A stretch of DNA of 64,000 nt, taken from contig JBGASG010000001.1 of NCBI GenBank assembly GCA_044229845.1, positions 64,001 to 128,000 on the forward strand, given 5' to 3'. Numbering within the stretch: the stretch's first letter is position 1; each line of letters opens with the position of its first letter. Below are positions 1 to 9,657 of the stretch, one piece after another. The notes beneath the pieces were generated by a model that saw only the letters and a program-made list of their open reading frames with translations, ran no database searches and was not told where the DNA came from. This DNA comes from Candidatus Obscuribacteraceae bacterium (GTDB taxonomy: Bacteria; Cyanobacteriota; Vampirovibrionia; Obscuribacterales; Obscuribacteraceae). The position numbers and the translations under genes are program-made.

Positions 1-2
1 TC

Positions 3-713
3 AACTTCAATCTCGCACCGGTGCTCGATGTCGAATTGAACTCCGCCAACGATAACTCGCTCAATCAAAGAGCTTATGGAAAGTCGCCCGAGCAAGTAAC
101 GAAGAACGCGCGAGCGTTTCTCAAAGGAATGAAGAGCCAGGACATTCTCAGTTGCGGCAAGCACTTCCCCGGCTACTCGTGCGCATCGGTAGATCCGCAC
201 AACGCTTTGCCGACCGTCGATCGCAGTATGGAAGACATGCTGAAGACCGAGTGGGTGCCATTCCAGCAAATGCTGCATGAACTGGATTCGTTGATGATCG
301 GACACGTTTCATATCCGCAAATCGATCCGTCCGGAGTGCCTGCGACTCTGGCACCGAAGATGGTGCGTGAACTCGTGCGTACCGAGTGGCAATTCAAAGG
401 CTGCACGGTTACTGATGACCTGGACATGGGTGCCATCAATAAGATTTACGGCAGCGTCGAAGCCGCCACCATGGCGCTTAAAGCAGGCAACGACATACTG
501 CTGGTGTGCCACAACGTGACGGGTGTTCCGAAAATTGCGGAAGCCCTGGCCCAAGTCGAGCGCTCCGTTCAGGAGGAATCTTTTGGACGCATCATTCAAT
601 TTAGAAAGCGCCTGCCGAAGCCGGTCGACTTCTCGATGGATGCCTTTCATACGCTGGATGCCGCAGTGAAGAAACTGCGTGAAGCCACGCTGCCCGTATC
701 AAGTGAAGCGTAA
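3..713 (+). CDS. nagZ: Glycoside hydrolase family 3, beta-N-acetylhexosaminidase (5' end outside window)
   Basis: Frame open from the window edge (NFNLAPVLDV); KHFPG, DxH and TDDLDMGA GH3/NagZ motifs. Confidence 0.85.
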   Translation, partial: NFNLAPVLDVELNSANDNSLNQRAYGKSPEQVTKNARAFLKGMKSQDILSCGKHFPGYSCASVDPHNALPTVDRSMEDMLKTEWVPFQQMLHELDSLMIGHVSYPQIDPSGVPATLAPKMVRELVRTEWQFKGCTVTDDLDMGAINKIYGSVEAATMALKAGNDILLVCHNVTGVPKIAEALAQVERSVQEESFGRIIQFRKRLPKPVDFSMDAFHTLDAAVKKLREATLPVSSEA

Positions 714-725
714 AGGAAACAAACG

Positions 726-1775
726 GTGTCTCTAAATTTGGATCGAAATAAAAGAGTCGCAGTCTGGTTGACGGCGATTGCGTCGTTTAGTTTGACTACA
801 GTGAACGCCGCGCATGGCGAAGACCTGGTGCAGGTGACTGAACCTGCTACCTATCTCGATGCCTACAATTTCAAGCCGTGCGTGCCGAATGCGAAGACCA
901 AAGTCGGGTTGGCGCTTGGTGGAGGCGGAGCAAGAGGTGCTGCCCACGTTGGTGTGCTGCAAGTCCTGGACCGCGAAGGAATAAAGATCGATTACGTGTG
1001 CGGTACCAGTGTTGGTGCCATCGTGGGAGGACTCTGGGCAGCCGGGTGCCACCCGGATCGGCTGCAGTGTGACGCGGAGAGGGGATCATTCATGCGTAAG
1101 TACATGAATATGTCACTGCCTACCCGTCTGGCTCTGGAGCCGCTCACCCTGTCGCCTCGTCTGCTAGGCGCTAAGCCATATGACGGGTTGTACAGCGGTA
1201 AGACATTTCGCCATTACTTGCAGGAATCTTTGCCTGAGAAACACCCGCAAATACAGGACATGAAGAAACCATTTGCTGCGATTGCCTTCAACTTGCTGGA
1301 CGGCAAAACATATATGATTCGGGGCGGCGATCTGGATTTTGCGATGCAGGCGAGTTCTGCGGTACCCAGTCTGCGGAAGCCTGTTCCGTTTGCAGGAAAA
1401 CTCTTTGTCGACGGTGGGGTGGACTGCAATCTTCCGGTCAAACAATGCCGCGAGATGGGGGCCGATTTTGTGATCGCAGTGAATGTGGATCAGCCGTTTA
1501 AAGAGCAAGAAGAGGTGCACTTCAGGAAGTTGGGCAGCGTAACTGATCGCCTGATCAACTGGGACCTCTGGGATCTGGATAAGCCCCAAGAGCAGGTGGC
1601 CGATTTCATCATTCATCCTGATACCACCGGCATCAGTGTGATCACAACCAGCCCGAAGGCTGCGAAGAAAGCCTATGAAGCCGGCGTGAAAGCGGCTGAG
1701 GATGCTTTGCCGGAACTGCGCAAACTGCTCGCTCCGATCACTCCACCGGCGAGCGATGGTGCGGTGCAACCTTGA
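726..1775 (+). CDS. Patatin-like phospholipase with N-terminal signal peptide
   Basis: GGGARG, GTSVG and DGG motifs. Confidence 0.92.
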   Translation: MSLNLDRNKRVAVWLTAIASFSLTTVNAAHGEDLVQVTEPATYLDAYNFKPCVPNAKTKVGLALGGGGARGAAHVGVLQVLDREGIKIDYVCGTSVGAIVGGLWAAGCHPDRLQCDAERGSFMRKYMNMSLPTRLALEPLTLSPRLLGAKPYDGLYSGKTFRHYLQESLPEKHPQIQDMKKPFAAIAFNLLDGKTYMIRGGDLDFAMQASSAVPSLRKPVPFAGKLFVDGGVDCNLPVKQCREMGADFVIAVNVDQPFKEQEEVHFRKLGSVTDRLINWDLWDLDKPQEQVADFIIHPDTTGISVITTSPKAAKKAYEAGVKAAEDALPELRKLLAPITPPASDGAVQP

Positions 1776-1780
1776 TCCTG

Positions 1781-3034
1781 TTACAGATCGAGCACGAAGC
1801 CGATTGATGCTATTTCCTGCTGTGAGGGATAAGTCTTCAATAGGTGCAGTTCGGGATAGTGATCCGTCTTTTCTAGAAGCGGTGCGAACGCCTTCACGAA
1901 CGCGTCCCACCGCAGCGATGCTTGCGGTTTGTCGCTCGGTCCGAAATAGACAATGTCCGCTTTGGGAACAAGCGCCGGCATGCGTCCACTAGTGATGCTG
2001 CAGTACGTGTGAGGCCATTTCGCCTTGGCGCTCGTATCGGCTTGCAGTGGTATCACTCTCCAGCCTTCTACGAGCTGATTGAACTCACCCTCAAGTGCTT
2101 GTCGTTGCCAGGCATATACTTGCTGCACGTAATCGAGATGTTTGGTTTCTAGAAAACGTAAGAGCGGTTTTTGCCGGGGCACTCGGTATGAGCTGAACAC
2201 GCCATCCCTCATCAGAATTGGCACCGGCGGCAGTGACCGCGGTTTCTTCGACTCCTCTTCCATCGTCATCATCAAGAAAGCTATGCCGGCCTGTGAATCC
2301 GTTCCGGAGACTGTCATCAAGTTGTTGTTGTGCAGCACGATGAGGCGTTCGCCGCTTACGGGAAGCGTCATCAGATTGTCGGAGAAGACTATGCGAGCGC
2401 TGTCGTATTCGTCTTGCCACATGCTCTTGTGAATGAGGGATTCATTCGTGGAAGTGTCCATGAAGGATTCGAAGTCGAATTGTGTGCGCTCAAACAGATT
2501 AGCGCAGCCCTGTTCGAAGCATTCCAGATATTCCAGACCCCACTCATCCAGCTGACTCGAGGTCACGTACATCATTTGTTCCGGCATATCGTACGTCGCC
2601 AGGAGAGCAAAGTGCTCGGCGACGACCGCGTGCGGAATCTCGACATTGCTTGATTTACCGCCACCCACGCCCATCTTCAACTTGAGGCGCCACATCTCGA
2701 TAGACCATCGATCTTTTACTTGAATCAATAGGCGTGACTTAATAGATTCGATTTCACGGAGCGATAGGTTGGACCGTCGGATCAATCCATTGGTCGCGCG
2801 CATGAGAATCTCTTCGCGGTTGACTGGATTTATTTCGCGGCAGTATTCGTTGTAATAGTTGGTCAGCAGAACTTGGCAGACAACCCGCCCCTGTCCATCT
2901 GAAATCACAAAGCTATATTGGCGTCGATCAAGTTTCAGTTCGCCTTCAATCTTTTTGTTGCGGCTGAAGAAATAGTCAGCAACGATGTTTGCGAAGTCTT
3001 CTTGTGAAGGTAATTCAGTTGGAGCCAAAGTCAC
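1781..3034 (-). CDS. Hypothetical protein (possibly DUF1444-like)
   Basis: Long ORF; GTG at 3034 preceded by GGAGGG SD; 'YDMP...VT...L.EWG' and 'YDSARI' segments. Confidence 0.6.
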   Translation of the reverse strand: MTLAPTELPSQEDFANIVADYFFSRNKKIEGELKLDRRQYSFVISDGQGRVVCQVLLTNYYNEYCREINPVNREEILMRATNGLIRRSNLSLREIESIKSRLLIQVKDRWSIEMWRLKLKMGVGGGKSSNVEIPHAVVAEHFALLATYDMPEQMMYVTSSQLDEWGLEYLECFEQGCANLFERTQFDFESFMDTSTNESLIHKSMWQDEYDSARIVFSDNLMTLPVSGERLIVLHNNNLMTVSGTDSQAGIAFLMMTMEEESKKPRSLPPVPILMRDGVFSSYRVPRQKPLLRFLETKHLDYVQQVYAWQRQALEGEFNQLVEGWRVIPLQADTSAKAKWPHTYCSITSGRMPALVPKADIVYFGPSDKPQASLRWDAFVKAFAPLLEKTDHYPELHLLKTYPSQQEIASIGFVLDL

Positions 3035-3402
3035 AGACCCTCCTGCACGTGTTGCACGCGCTACTGTCCGGCGACAGTGCTGCAATTTAACAGGAATGCC
3101 GCGGACCGGAGTATGGTGGAACCCCCACTGAATTTACAGACGTCTTGGAGTGTCACGTTCTCGTGTTATCTGGAGCGGAGCAGTGCCGGTGATTTTTGAT
3201 GTCCGAAAATTCCGCAGGGTGTGTATATCCGATTAGTCCCGCTGATCCCACCTGATCGTCCTCAGGTAACGTCAAAATTTGACGGCATTCGTGCGGGCTA
3301 CATCATCCGCCTCAGATCACTTAGTGCTCGATGCGGATGGGCAGGCTATGGCGTGGTTAATACATTTCCGTCGATGCATGTTTTCGACGGTGGAGGTTTC
3401 GC

Positions 3403-4002
3403 ATGGTTGAAGGCAAACACGATGTAGAAGACGTGAGCATGTTGGCGCGAGGCATTTCGAATCGATTCGACGACCTCGACACAAACCGCTCCGGCTGTCT
3501 GGATCGCGACGAGTTGGAGATGGCTTCAAAGGAAGGTACTAGTGCCTATCTGCGAGACGCCGCTGTAATGCTGCTTACCCATTTCGATGACGCGACGCAA
3601 TTCGCTTCCACGAACAACGTACCTCATAAGCTGCGGGCGCAAGTGTATGCCTCCTTTGAGAAAACATTCGCCAGTGACAAGACAACTGGCGGCATTTCGA
3701 AAGATGACTTACACGTAATTGAACTCATCGCTTCTGAGTCAGAAACGAAGCAGCACCTGGCTGAGGTAAAAGAGGCAGAGAGTTTGTGGGCGCAGGGAGA
3801 AGCTGTCTTAGCTGGCGGACTGGTGCTCAGTGCATTCGCATTCGGCATTGCTCCGACCGGCGTCAGTCAGGTCGTCAGCCTTGGATGTCTGGCCGGCGCG
3901 GGCTATTCCGCCTTCCGATCTGCGCAAGACTTCCTCTTTAGCAACGTGCCAAGGTACGAGACATACATGCGCGACCGCAGAAAAACTCTGGCCGACTGGT
4001 AG
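3403..4002 (+). CDS. EF-hand-containing membrane-associated hypothetical protein
   Basis: GGAGG SD; DTNRSGCLDRDE EF-hand loop; C-terminal hydrophobic hairpin. Confidence 0.7.
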   Translation: MVEGKHDVEDVSMLARGISNRFDDLDTNRSGCLDRDELEMASKEGTSAYLRDAAVMLLTHFDDATQFASTNNVPHKLRAQVYASFEKTFASDKTTGGISKDDLHVIELIASESETKQHLAEVKEAESLWAQGEAVLAGGLVLSAFAFGIAPTGVSQVVSLGCLAGAGYSAFRSAQDFLFSNVPRYETYMRDRRKTLADW

Positions 4003-4018
4003 GGTAGGTAGACGAGAG

Positions 4019-5065
4019 CTACTGCTTGTTTTGATGTTCTACGTGTCCGATCATTTGCATGTTGTCGGACTTGCCGAACCACTCACCGTTCTTGTCCTTG
4101 AAGAAGACATAGTCGCCTTCGAATGTAGTGACTTCATCGGGTGAGTTAGGACTGTCGAAGCGCTCGCGTTTCACGAACTTGACGTGATATTTGTAGCCGT
4201 CGTAGTTCTGTTCCGGGCCGCCCACGTGAGCGGTGTGCTGCTGGAGGTTTCCTGCATCGGCATTGTTGAATATGCCATGGCCCTCGTTCTGGAAAACGGG
4301 GAAATCGACGTACACGGTCGAACTGCCTTGCGGCACCTGGTTCGACATGATGATTTTTTTGAAGGTGTCTTCGTTGGGTGGTGAACCTTTGGGGACAACG
4401 AACGCATCGCGGAATCCGTTTTGTCCTGGATTTGCCGGAGCCTGACCGCCTCCGCCACCACCGGCGCCACCGCCTCCGCCGCCGGCACCACCACCGCCAC
4501 CACCACCGCCGGCACCGTTGTTGCCTGCGCCAACTCCGCCGTGCGAGCCACCGCCGCCCAGTTTCATGTTGGCAGGATTGAACCAGGCGCCGGGACTACC
4601 TGCAGGGCTGGTGTTGAGTTGGACTCTTACCTGTCCGGATGGACCGCCCACTTCCGTGACGGTTCCCTGGTAGGTGCCCAGAACAATTACGTTGTCGCCG
4701 ACATGGAACTGTCCGCCGCCGCCACCGCCACCAGGGATGCCGCCGCCACCTGGCGTTCCACCGCCGCCCGGAACTCCTCCGCCACCGCCACCACCGCCAC
4801 CGCCGGCGTTGCCACCAGCTCCGCCGCCGCCGCCATGTTTCATGTTGTTCGGGTTATACCAGCTGCCGGGTGAATCGGGCGGCGAGGTCGAAAGCCTGAC
4901 TCGCACCATGCCGGAGGGTCCACCGAGTTGAGTGACCACTCCCGAATAGTTGCCCCATCCTGGAAGAACGATCACGCTGTCGCCGACGGCAAATTGTTCG
5001 GCAAGGGCTGGCAACGAAGTGCTGACGAGGGCTGACAGCAAAATTCCAAGCAGCTTTTGATTCAT
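4019..5065 (-). CDS. Secreted Gly-rich protein with two SH3/Tudor-like repeats
   Basis: Signal peptide; two copies of QFxVGDxVIVL...GGPSGxVRVxL...W(Y/F)NPxNMK separated by poly-Gly. Confidence 0.75.
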   Translation of the reverse strand: MNQKLLGILLSALVSTSLPALAEQFAVGDSVIVLPGWGNYSGVVTQLGGPSGMVRVRLSTSPPDSPGSWYNPNNMKHGGGGGAGGNAGGGGGGGGGGVPGGGGTPGGGGIPGGGGGGGQFHVGDNVIVLGTYQGTVTEVGGPSGQVRVQLNTSPAGSPGAWFNPANMKLGGGGSHGGVGAGNNGAGGGGGGGGAGGGGGGAGGGGGGQAPANPGQNGFRDAFVVPKGSPPNEDTFKKIIMSNQVPQGSSTVYVDFPVFQNEGHGIFNNADAGNLQQHTAHVGGPEQNYDGYKYHVKFVKRERFDSPNSPDEVTTFEGDYVFFKDKNGEWFGKSDNMQMIGHVEHQNKQ

Positions 5066-5198
5066 TTGGGGACCCTCGATTGCCGTATCCGAGTGACTAT
5101 ATCAGATATAGCTTGTTCGAGTGTCGGCTCATGTCTTCCTCGTCGGATCGCAGCGTGTTGCCGGTTAGCGGACGCATCCGTGGCTTCAGGGGAGGGGG

Positions 5199-5995
5199 CT
5201 ATTCGAAGCGGTATCCCAACACGTAAGTATGTTGTGAGTCGGTGCCTGCACCCGAGTAGACGATCAATCCATTTTCCTGGCGCGGGACGCCAGCCTGTTC
5301 GAATCCGCCGAGTGGATTTTGCACCCACCACGTGCCGTCAGCATGTAGCTCGATGCGCTGTCCGCCGGTTTCGTACGAGACTGGATGCTCCGGTGCGTCG
5401 AATAGCGTGGTGATAGAACGCCCGACTCCGTTGCGCTGCTCGGCTTCTTGATCCAGCGCCTCCGGTGTCGCGGAGAGCACCCTCCCGGCGCCGAGTTTGT
5501 ATGCAACGTTCGCATCGTCGCCGGCACCAGGGTAGAACACCGATCCGTCTTCCTGGAGCATTGGTGTCCCGGCAAGCGTGAACGCGCCGTCCGGCTCATG
5601 CACCCACCACATTCCGTCATCGTGTTTGACGATGCGCTTGCCGTTGCTCTCGTACGCGATCGGCTCGCCCTGCGGATTGTACGAGATTGCAGTGTTGTTG
5701 TTGCCGTCGTGAGTAAGTTGTTCTTCAGAGGCACCATCAAAACCGATGGTCACGGTCGGAAGCCAGTTTTCCAGATACGGGTTGTCTCGCGCGACATTAT
5801 TCAGCGAGTTGGTGAACTGCTTGAAGTACTCAGGACCCTGCTGGCGCGCCAGTCCAGCGTCGCTTGCACATCATCGAAGAGATACGTGTCGGCGGTCGCC
5901 GTGTGCTCAGTCAGCTTGTTCACCGCTTCTGTGGCGGCGGCTGTGGGGTTGTCGGCATTCGTCGTGACGGTTTGCGCGGCTGGTTGTGTGGACAT
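5199..5995 (-). pseudogene. Frameshifted hypothetical gene with an internal duplicated domain (or a sequencing error)
   Basis: ORF 5801..5995 has SD GGAG and ATG; the frame of ORF 5199..5753 stays open up to 5870; one added base near 5853 joins them. Confidence 0.65.
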
Positions 5996-6155
5996 TTGCT
6001 CGTCTCCTCTTCAGCGAAGCAAGTGAGAGGAAGAACGCGGAGCGCTCATCCTTCAGCAAGTTCTGGCGGGCGGGAACGATGCAATACTAAGCCGGCATTC
6101 ACAACTAATTCTGGAATGGATTGTGCACATTTCGTGTATGGGATGAGCGCGTCGT

Positions 6156-6190
6156 CGCGTCGCGTCACGTCGCGTCACGTCGCGTCACGC
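6156..6190. repeat. Tandem pentamer C(G/A)CGT, about 7 copies (10-mer CGCGTCACGT x3)
   Basis: Read directly from sequence. Confidence 0.9.
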
Positions 6191-6285
6191 CTATGTACCT
6201 TCAACGAAAGAACCACGGCTAGTGTCCGCGGTGTGGCGGCCAATTTTGAAGTGAAACGCCGAATTCCGGTGCCATCGCGGCGAGT

Positions 6286-6366
6286 TGTCCGCCATGGCGG
6301 ACAGCTATCATCGATTTTGTCCGCCGCGGCGGACACCCGAATCCGTTTTGTCCGCCACGGCGGACA
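6286..6366. repeat. Three 18-bp palindromes TGTCCGCC-NN-GGCGGACA
   Basis: Copies at 6286-6303, 6318-6335, 6349-6366; 14- and 13-bp unique gaps. Confidence 0.92.
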
Positions 6367-6458
6367 GTCCTCACCGCCAACTCTCCATGTCACCCCAACC
6401 TAAGCGTAGCAAGAACGCAGAAGAACGTTTACGGCAAAGTCACGGGCGCGTCGCCCGG

Positions 6459-6743
6459 TTATGCCGTTGCCTTCAGCTCGAAGTCATGCAGCATACGCTC
6501 GGTCTTCGCCTCCGACACGCGATTGATTAGTTTTCGCGCTTCGTGGTTGTCGCGCACTGTTTTCGACAGAGTGAAACAGGAACCAACGCAAAACAATAAC
6601 CCCATCGACATGTACCCCTTTACCCAGAAGTCGACTGGAAGATTGTAGATGCCGATTGCGGTAGCCAGATTCGATGCAACAAAAGAGATCCAGACGAACG
6701 CCATCCAATGGGAGCTGTTCTCGGAGATCATGGGTCTATCCAT
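6459..6743 (-). CDS. YiaA/YiaB family two-helix inner membrane protein
   Basis: 'IGIYNLPVDFWVKGY...F...FTLSKTVRDxHE' family signature; GAGG SD before ATG 6743. Confidence 0.85.
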   Translation of the reverse strand: MDRPMISENSSHWMAFVWISFVASNLATAIGIYNLPVDFWVKGYMSMGLLFCVGSCFTLSKTVRDNHEARKLINRVSEAKTERMLHDFELKATA

Positions 6744-6886
6744 GGCACGCACCTCTGATTTTGTATGTTGCCTAGATCGCAATCCTATCGCTCGCTCTGA
6801 TCCGGCGAAGGACCTCGGTGACACTTCAGAAAATGTACCGGTAGAACAGGGTCCAGGCAGTCTCGTGTACTTCAAAGGGATGCGCT

Positions 6887-6928
6887 TTGCAAGCCGTAGC
6901 ACTAAGTGCTATATTGCACTAGGTGCTA
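6887..6928 (+). promoter_or_regulatory. TA promoter TTGCAA-17-TATATT with two palindromic operators
   Basis: TAGCACTAAGTGCTA at 6897-6911 and TTGCACTAGGTGCTA at 6914-6928 overlap the -10 (6910-6915). Confidence 0.7.
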
Positions 6929-6940
6929 CAGTCAGGTTTT

Positions 6941-7321
6941 ATGCGAATTTTCAAAACGAAGCAATTTGATAAACTCGCTGGCAAGGTCGGACTGATAGAC
7001 GCTGCGTTGATTAAGGCTGCGAAGGAGGTTGCAACAGGGCTTGCCGGAGATGCACTTGGGGGCAATCTCTATAAGAAGCGAATTGCCAGAATTGGAGCGG
7101 GGAAAAGCAGAGGTTATCGTACGGTATTAATCTACAGGACAAAGCCGCAAGACATTTTCTTCATCTACTGCTTTGCAAAGAACGAACGGAGTAATGTTGG
7201 ACGGGAGGAGCTAATCGCGCTGAGGTTATTGGAGAAGGAATTTTCCAACTTTTCGAATGCAGACATAGACACTGCCATTCGCGAAGGCGAATTATCGGAG
7301 TTGACGTATGAAGATGAGTAG
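6941..7321 (+). CDS. Type II TA toxin, RelE/ParE (HigB-like)
   Basis: MRIFKTKxF...LGGNLYKKRIAR.GxGKSRGYR...FAKNER signature. Confidence 0.9.
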   Translation: MRIFKTKQFDKLAGKVGLIDAALIKAAKEVATGLAGDALGGNLYKKRIARIGAGKSRGYRTVLIYRTKPQDIFFIYCFAKNERSNVGREELIALRLLEKEFSNFSNADIDTAIREGELSELTYEDE

Positions 7322-7700
7322 GAGCAAGGCTGCATCAAGTTCTAAGAAGCCGCCGTCACCAAAGAAGTCCTCGCCTAAGAGGAAGCGGACCAAAAGCGAA
7401 AGCCCAATCCTGGCGGCTGTACACGAAACCGCGTCCGGGCTTTACCGCGCAGGCTTAATAGGCAAATCCACTATGAAGGAATTCGACGCTGCCTGTTTGC
7501 CGAAGGTCAAAACGTACACTCCAAGTCAAATCCAGGGAATTCGAACCCGCTGCGGAGCCAGTCAGCCAGTATTTGCCGCTTATCTGAATGTTACAGTCTC
7601 ATCAGTTCAGAAGTGGGAAACCGGACAAAAGAAGCCCAATGCGGCAGCTCTGAAACTTTTGAACTTAGTGGACACCAAAGGGTTTGAGATTTTAAAGTAG
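7308..7700 (+). CDS. XRE-family HTH antitoxin (HigA-like)
   Basis: SQPVFAAYLNV...VQKWETGQKKP HTH; overlaps the toxin stop. Confidence 0.9.
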   Translation: MKMSRSKAASSSKKPPSPKKSSPKRKRTKSESPILAAVHETASGLYRAGLIGKSTMKEFDAACLPKVKTYTPSQIQGIRTRCGASQPVFAAYLNVTVSSVQKWETGQKKPNAAALKLLNLVDTKGFEILK

Positions 7701-7717
7701 CGGTGTCCACTGCGAGG

Positions 7718-8953
7718 CTAGCTGTCTGACAGTGCCATTCGTAGATTGAATCCGAAGCGGTCAAGGGATCCCCTGTGCATTTCCGGTGGCAGAATCGAAG
7801 GCTCGACTCTCGTCAGCGCATCCTTTGCTACGAGATCGTTCAGGTAGTCAATCTCGGTTGAGAATGTTTGATCCTCTACGTAGAAGGTTCCTACAAAGTC
7901 GCCTTCGCATATGAATGCTAGTGCTGTGCTCAACGTTGTTGGCTGTGATACTGTCAGGCAAGCGGTCAACTCTTTTCCCTTGAGCCAACCAAGCATGTAT
8001 TCAATGTACGAGGGTGCATCTAGCGAATCCTTTCGCTCGACCGCATATCCCAAGAACAGTGCCGATATTGGCAGCACCACTTCCTCCGGCAAGTCGTGAA
8101 TCAGAACCTCAGCGGATGGATCATCGATGAGAGTGCGAAAGAGTAGCCGCAAAGACGGTTCAGTAGGCACCGGGTCCAGCGAGTGACGGTTACCGTAAAT
8201 ACAACCGGTGGCGCGCCCTCGAAGTAGCAGCACCGTTCCGCGCGATTTGGATGCTGGGGACGTGAACCTCAAGCAACCAGTTTGCTGGTTTCCTTCCAGG
8301 TCTGTGACAAGATCACTCGGTCCGTGCTCATCTAACTTGTACCAAGCAGGCATTTCACCAACCACCGGAAGTGGTATCAGATCGATTGCGCGTCGATGTC
8401 TGAAGCCGGTCTGCTTCCATGTCGAGTTGATCGGTCCCTTCTCTCGCCAACTCGAATCAAGTTTCTCGCTCAGTCCAAGCTTAACGTTTTCTACGGACAT
8501 CATCGGCTGAAGAAGCGCCCTAAGTCCACTCATACACACGAATTGAGCTATGACCTCATCTCCGACTTTGAGTTCTTGATCGGTTGGAAGAAAAGCCTCA
8601 AGGTCGTCCCTGATGATCACGACGGCGTATCCACCGAGTTCTTTCGCGATCACCTTGCAAATCAGTTTCTGTCCAGGTTTGTAATTTCCCCAATCGCCGC
8701 TGTAACCGATCGCCGTGCGACGAGGCGGTTCTGCTGGTGGAGTTCGTCCTGGGCTGGGTTGCGTTTTAGGAGTTCGCGGAGGCTTAGGGTTTGCGTCCTC
8801 AGCCCGTTTGCGACGCCGCTTCGCTAACTCATCGGAATCATCGTCGGGCATAGTGCGGGACCGTCTTGAGGTTTGGGGTTCTTCCTCTAGTCTGCCGTAC
8901 GCGCCAAACGCTGTCCACTGTGCAAACACCGCGAGCGTAACGATCGCGGGCAT
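7718..8953 (-). CDS. Hypothetical protein with S1-like and DUF4388-like regions
   Basis: YKPGQKLICKV...GGYAV...AFLP S1-like segment; 'QTGCL...GTVLLLRGR' segment; start uncertain. Confidence 0.6.
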   Translation of the reverse strand: MPAIVTLAVFAQWTAFGAYGRLEEEPQTSRRSRTMPDDDSDELAKRRRKRAEDANPKPPRTPKTQPSPGRTPPAEPPRRTAIGYSGDWGNYKPGQKLICKVIAKELGGYAVVIIRDDLEAFLPTDQELKVGDEVIAQFVCMSGLRALLQPMMSVENVKLGLSEKLDSSWREKGPINSTWKQTGFRHRRAIDLIPLPVVGEMPAWYKLDEHGPSDLVTDLEGNQQTGCLRFTSPASKSRGTVLLLRGRATGCIYGNRHSLDPVPTEPSLRLLFRTLIDDPSAEVLIHDLPEEVVLPISALFLGYAVERKDSLDAPSYIEYMLGWLKGKELTACLTVSQPTTLSTALAFICEGDFVGTFYVEDQTFSTEIDYLNDLVAKDALTRVEPSILPPEMHRGSLDRFGFNLRMALSDS

Positions 8954-8962
8954 AATAGGAGC

Positions 8963-9325
8963 ATGAGTACACCTGAGACATCACTCTGCGGTATCGACGA
9001 GCCTGTTAAGACATGCAGGCAGTGTGGGACGCAGGCACCCTCACATGTCGCAGTGTGCCCTCGGTGTACAGAGATTCTTCCTGAGCTTAAGCTTCCGAAG
9101 AGGCACTTGTCTGGCGACGACCTACCAGCCCTAATTTACAAAGGCGAAGAACGCTACACGCCAGCCAAACCAGCCGAAATTGAGGAATCGATAGTCCCCG
9201 AGCCTCCGCCGGAATACGAGCCTGAACCATTCGCTGACGTCCTGTTTCGAGTCTTGAAGGCGCTCGCTGCAATCGGTGCGTTATGGGTGCTGTATGCGTT
9301 GTTTGGTCCAAGGCTGCCCGGATGA
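8963..9325 (+). CDS. Zinc-ribbon membrane protein
   Basis: CRQC...CPRC; C-terminal TM; AGGAG SD. Confidence 0.7.
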   Translation: MSTPETSLCGIDEPVKTCRQCGTQAPSHVAVCPRCTEILPELKLPKRHLSGDDLPALIYKGEERYTPAKPAEIEESIVPEPPPEYEPEPFADVLFRVLKALAAIGALWVLYALFGPRLPG

Positions 9326-9657
9326 TGCTTGCTTCGACTCCTAGCGATAACTTGTTGATGATGCAGGAAGAACGTCTGCAGCGACGCATCGCTGCGGCCG
9401 GCACTCTAATGCTTCCATGGGCGATACTGGTGCTGACTTGGCTATACACGCCGTCCTACATCCGCCCACTCCTTGATCATCCTGCGACGCTTCCGGGCAG
9501 CCTGACGGTCGCTTTGCTTACTGCGATGGTGTTCTGGATGCTGCAATCTACATCGTCCAAGTTGGTTTGGCTTCTAACCATCTTGTTTTTCGTAGTGCCG
9601 TTGTGTCTAGTGCCTTGCATCATTCCGGCAACGCTGGTGGTTCTAATAGCTAAATAA
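9322..9657 (+). CDS. Small membrane hypothetical protein
   Basis: ATGA overlap with the previous stop; three hydrophobic segments. Confidence 0.6.
   Translation: MMLASTPSDNLLMMQEERLQRRIAAAGTLMLPWAILVLTWLYTPSYIRPLLDHPATLPGSLTVALLTAMVFWMLQSTSSKLVWLLTILFFVVPLCLVPCIIPATLVVLIAK

Noticed and set aside
4674..4931. Poly-Pro ORF on the + strand
   Set aside because: Antisense image of the poly-Gly codons of 4019..5065
6286..6366. CRISPR array
   Set aside because: Repeats of 18 bp and gaps of 13-14 bp are too short; no cas genes in the window
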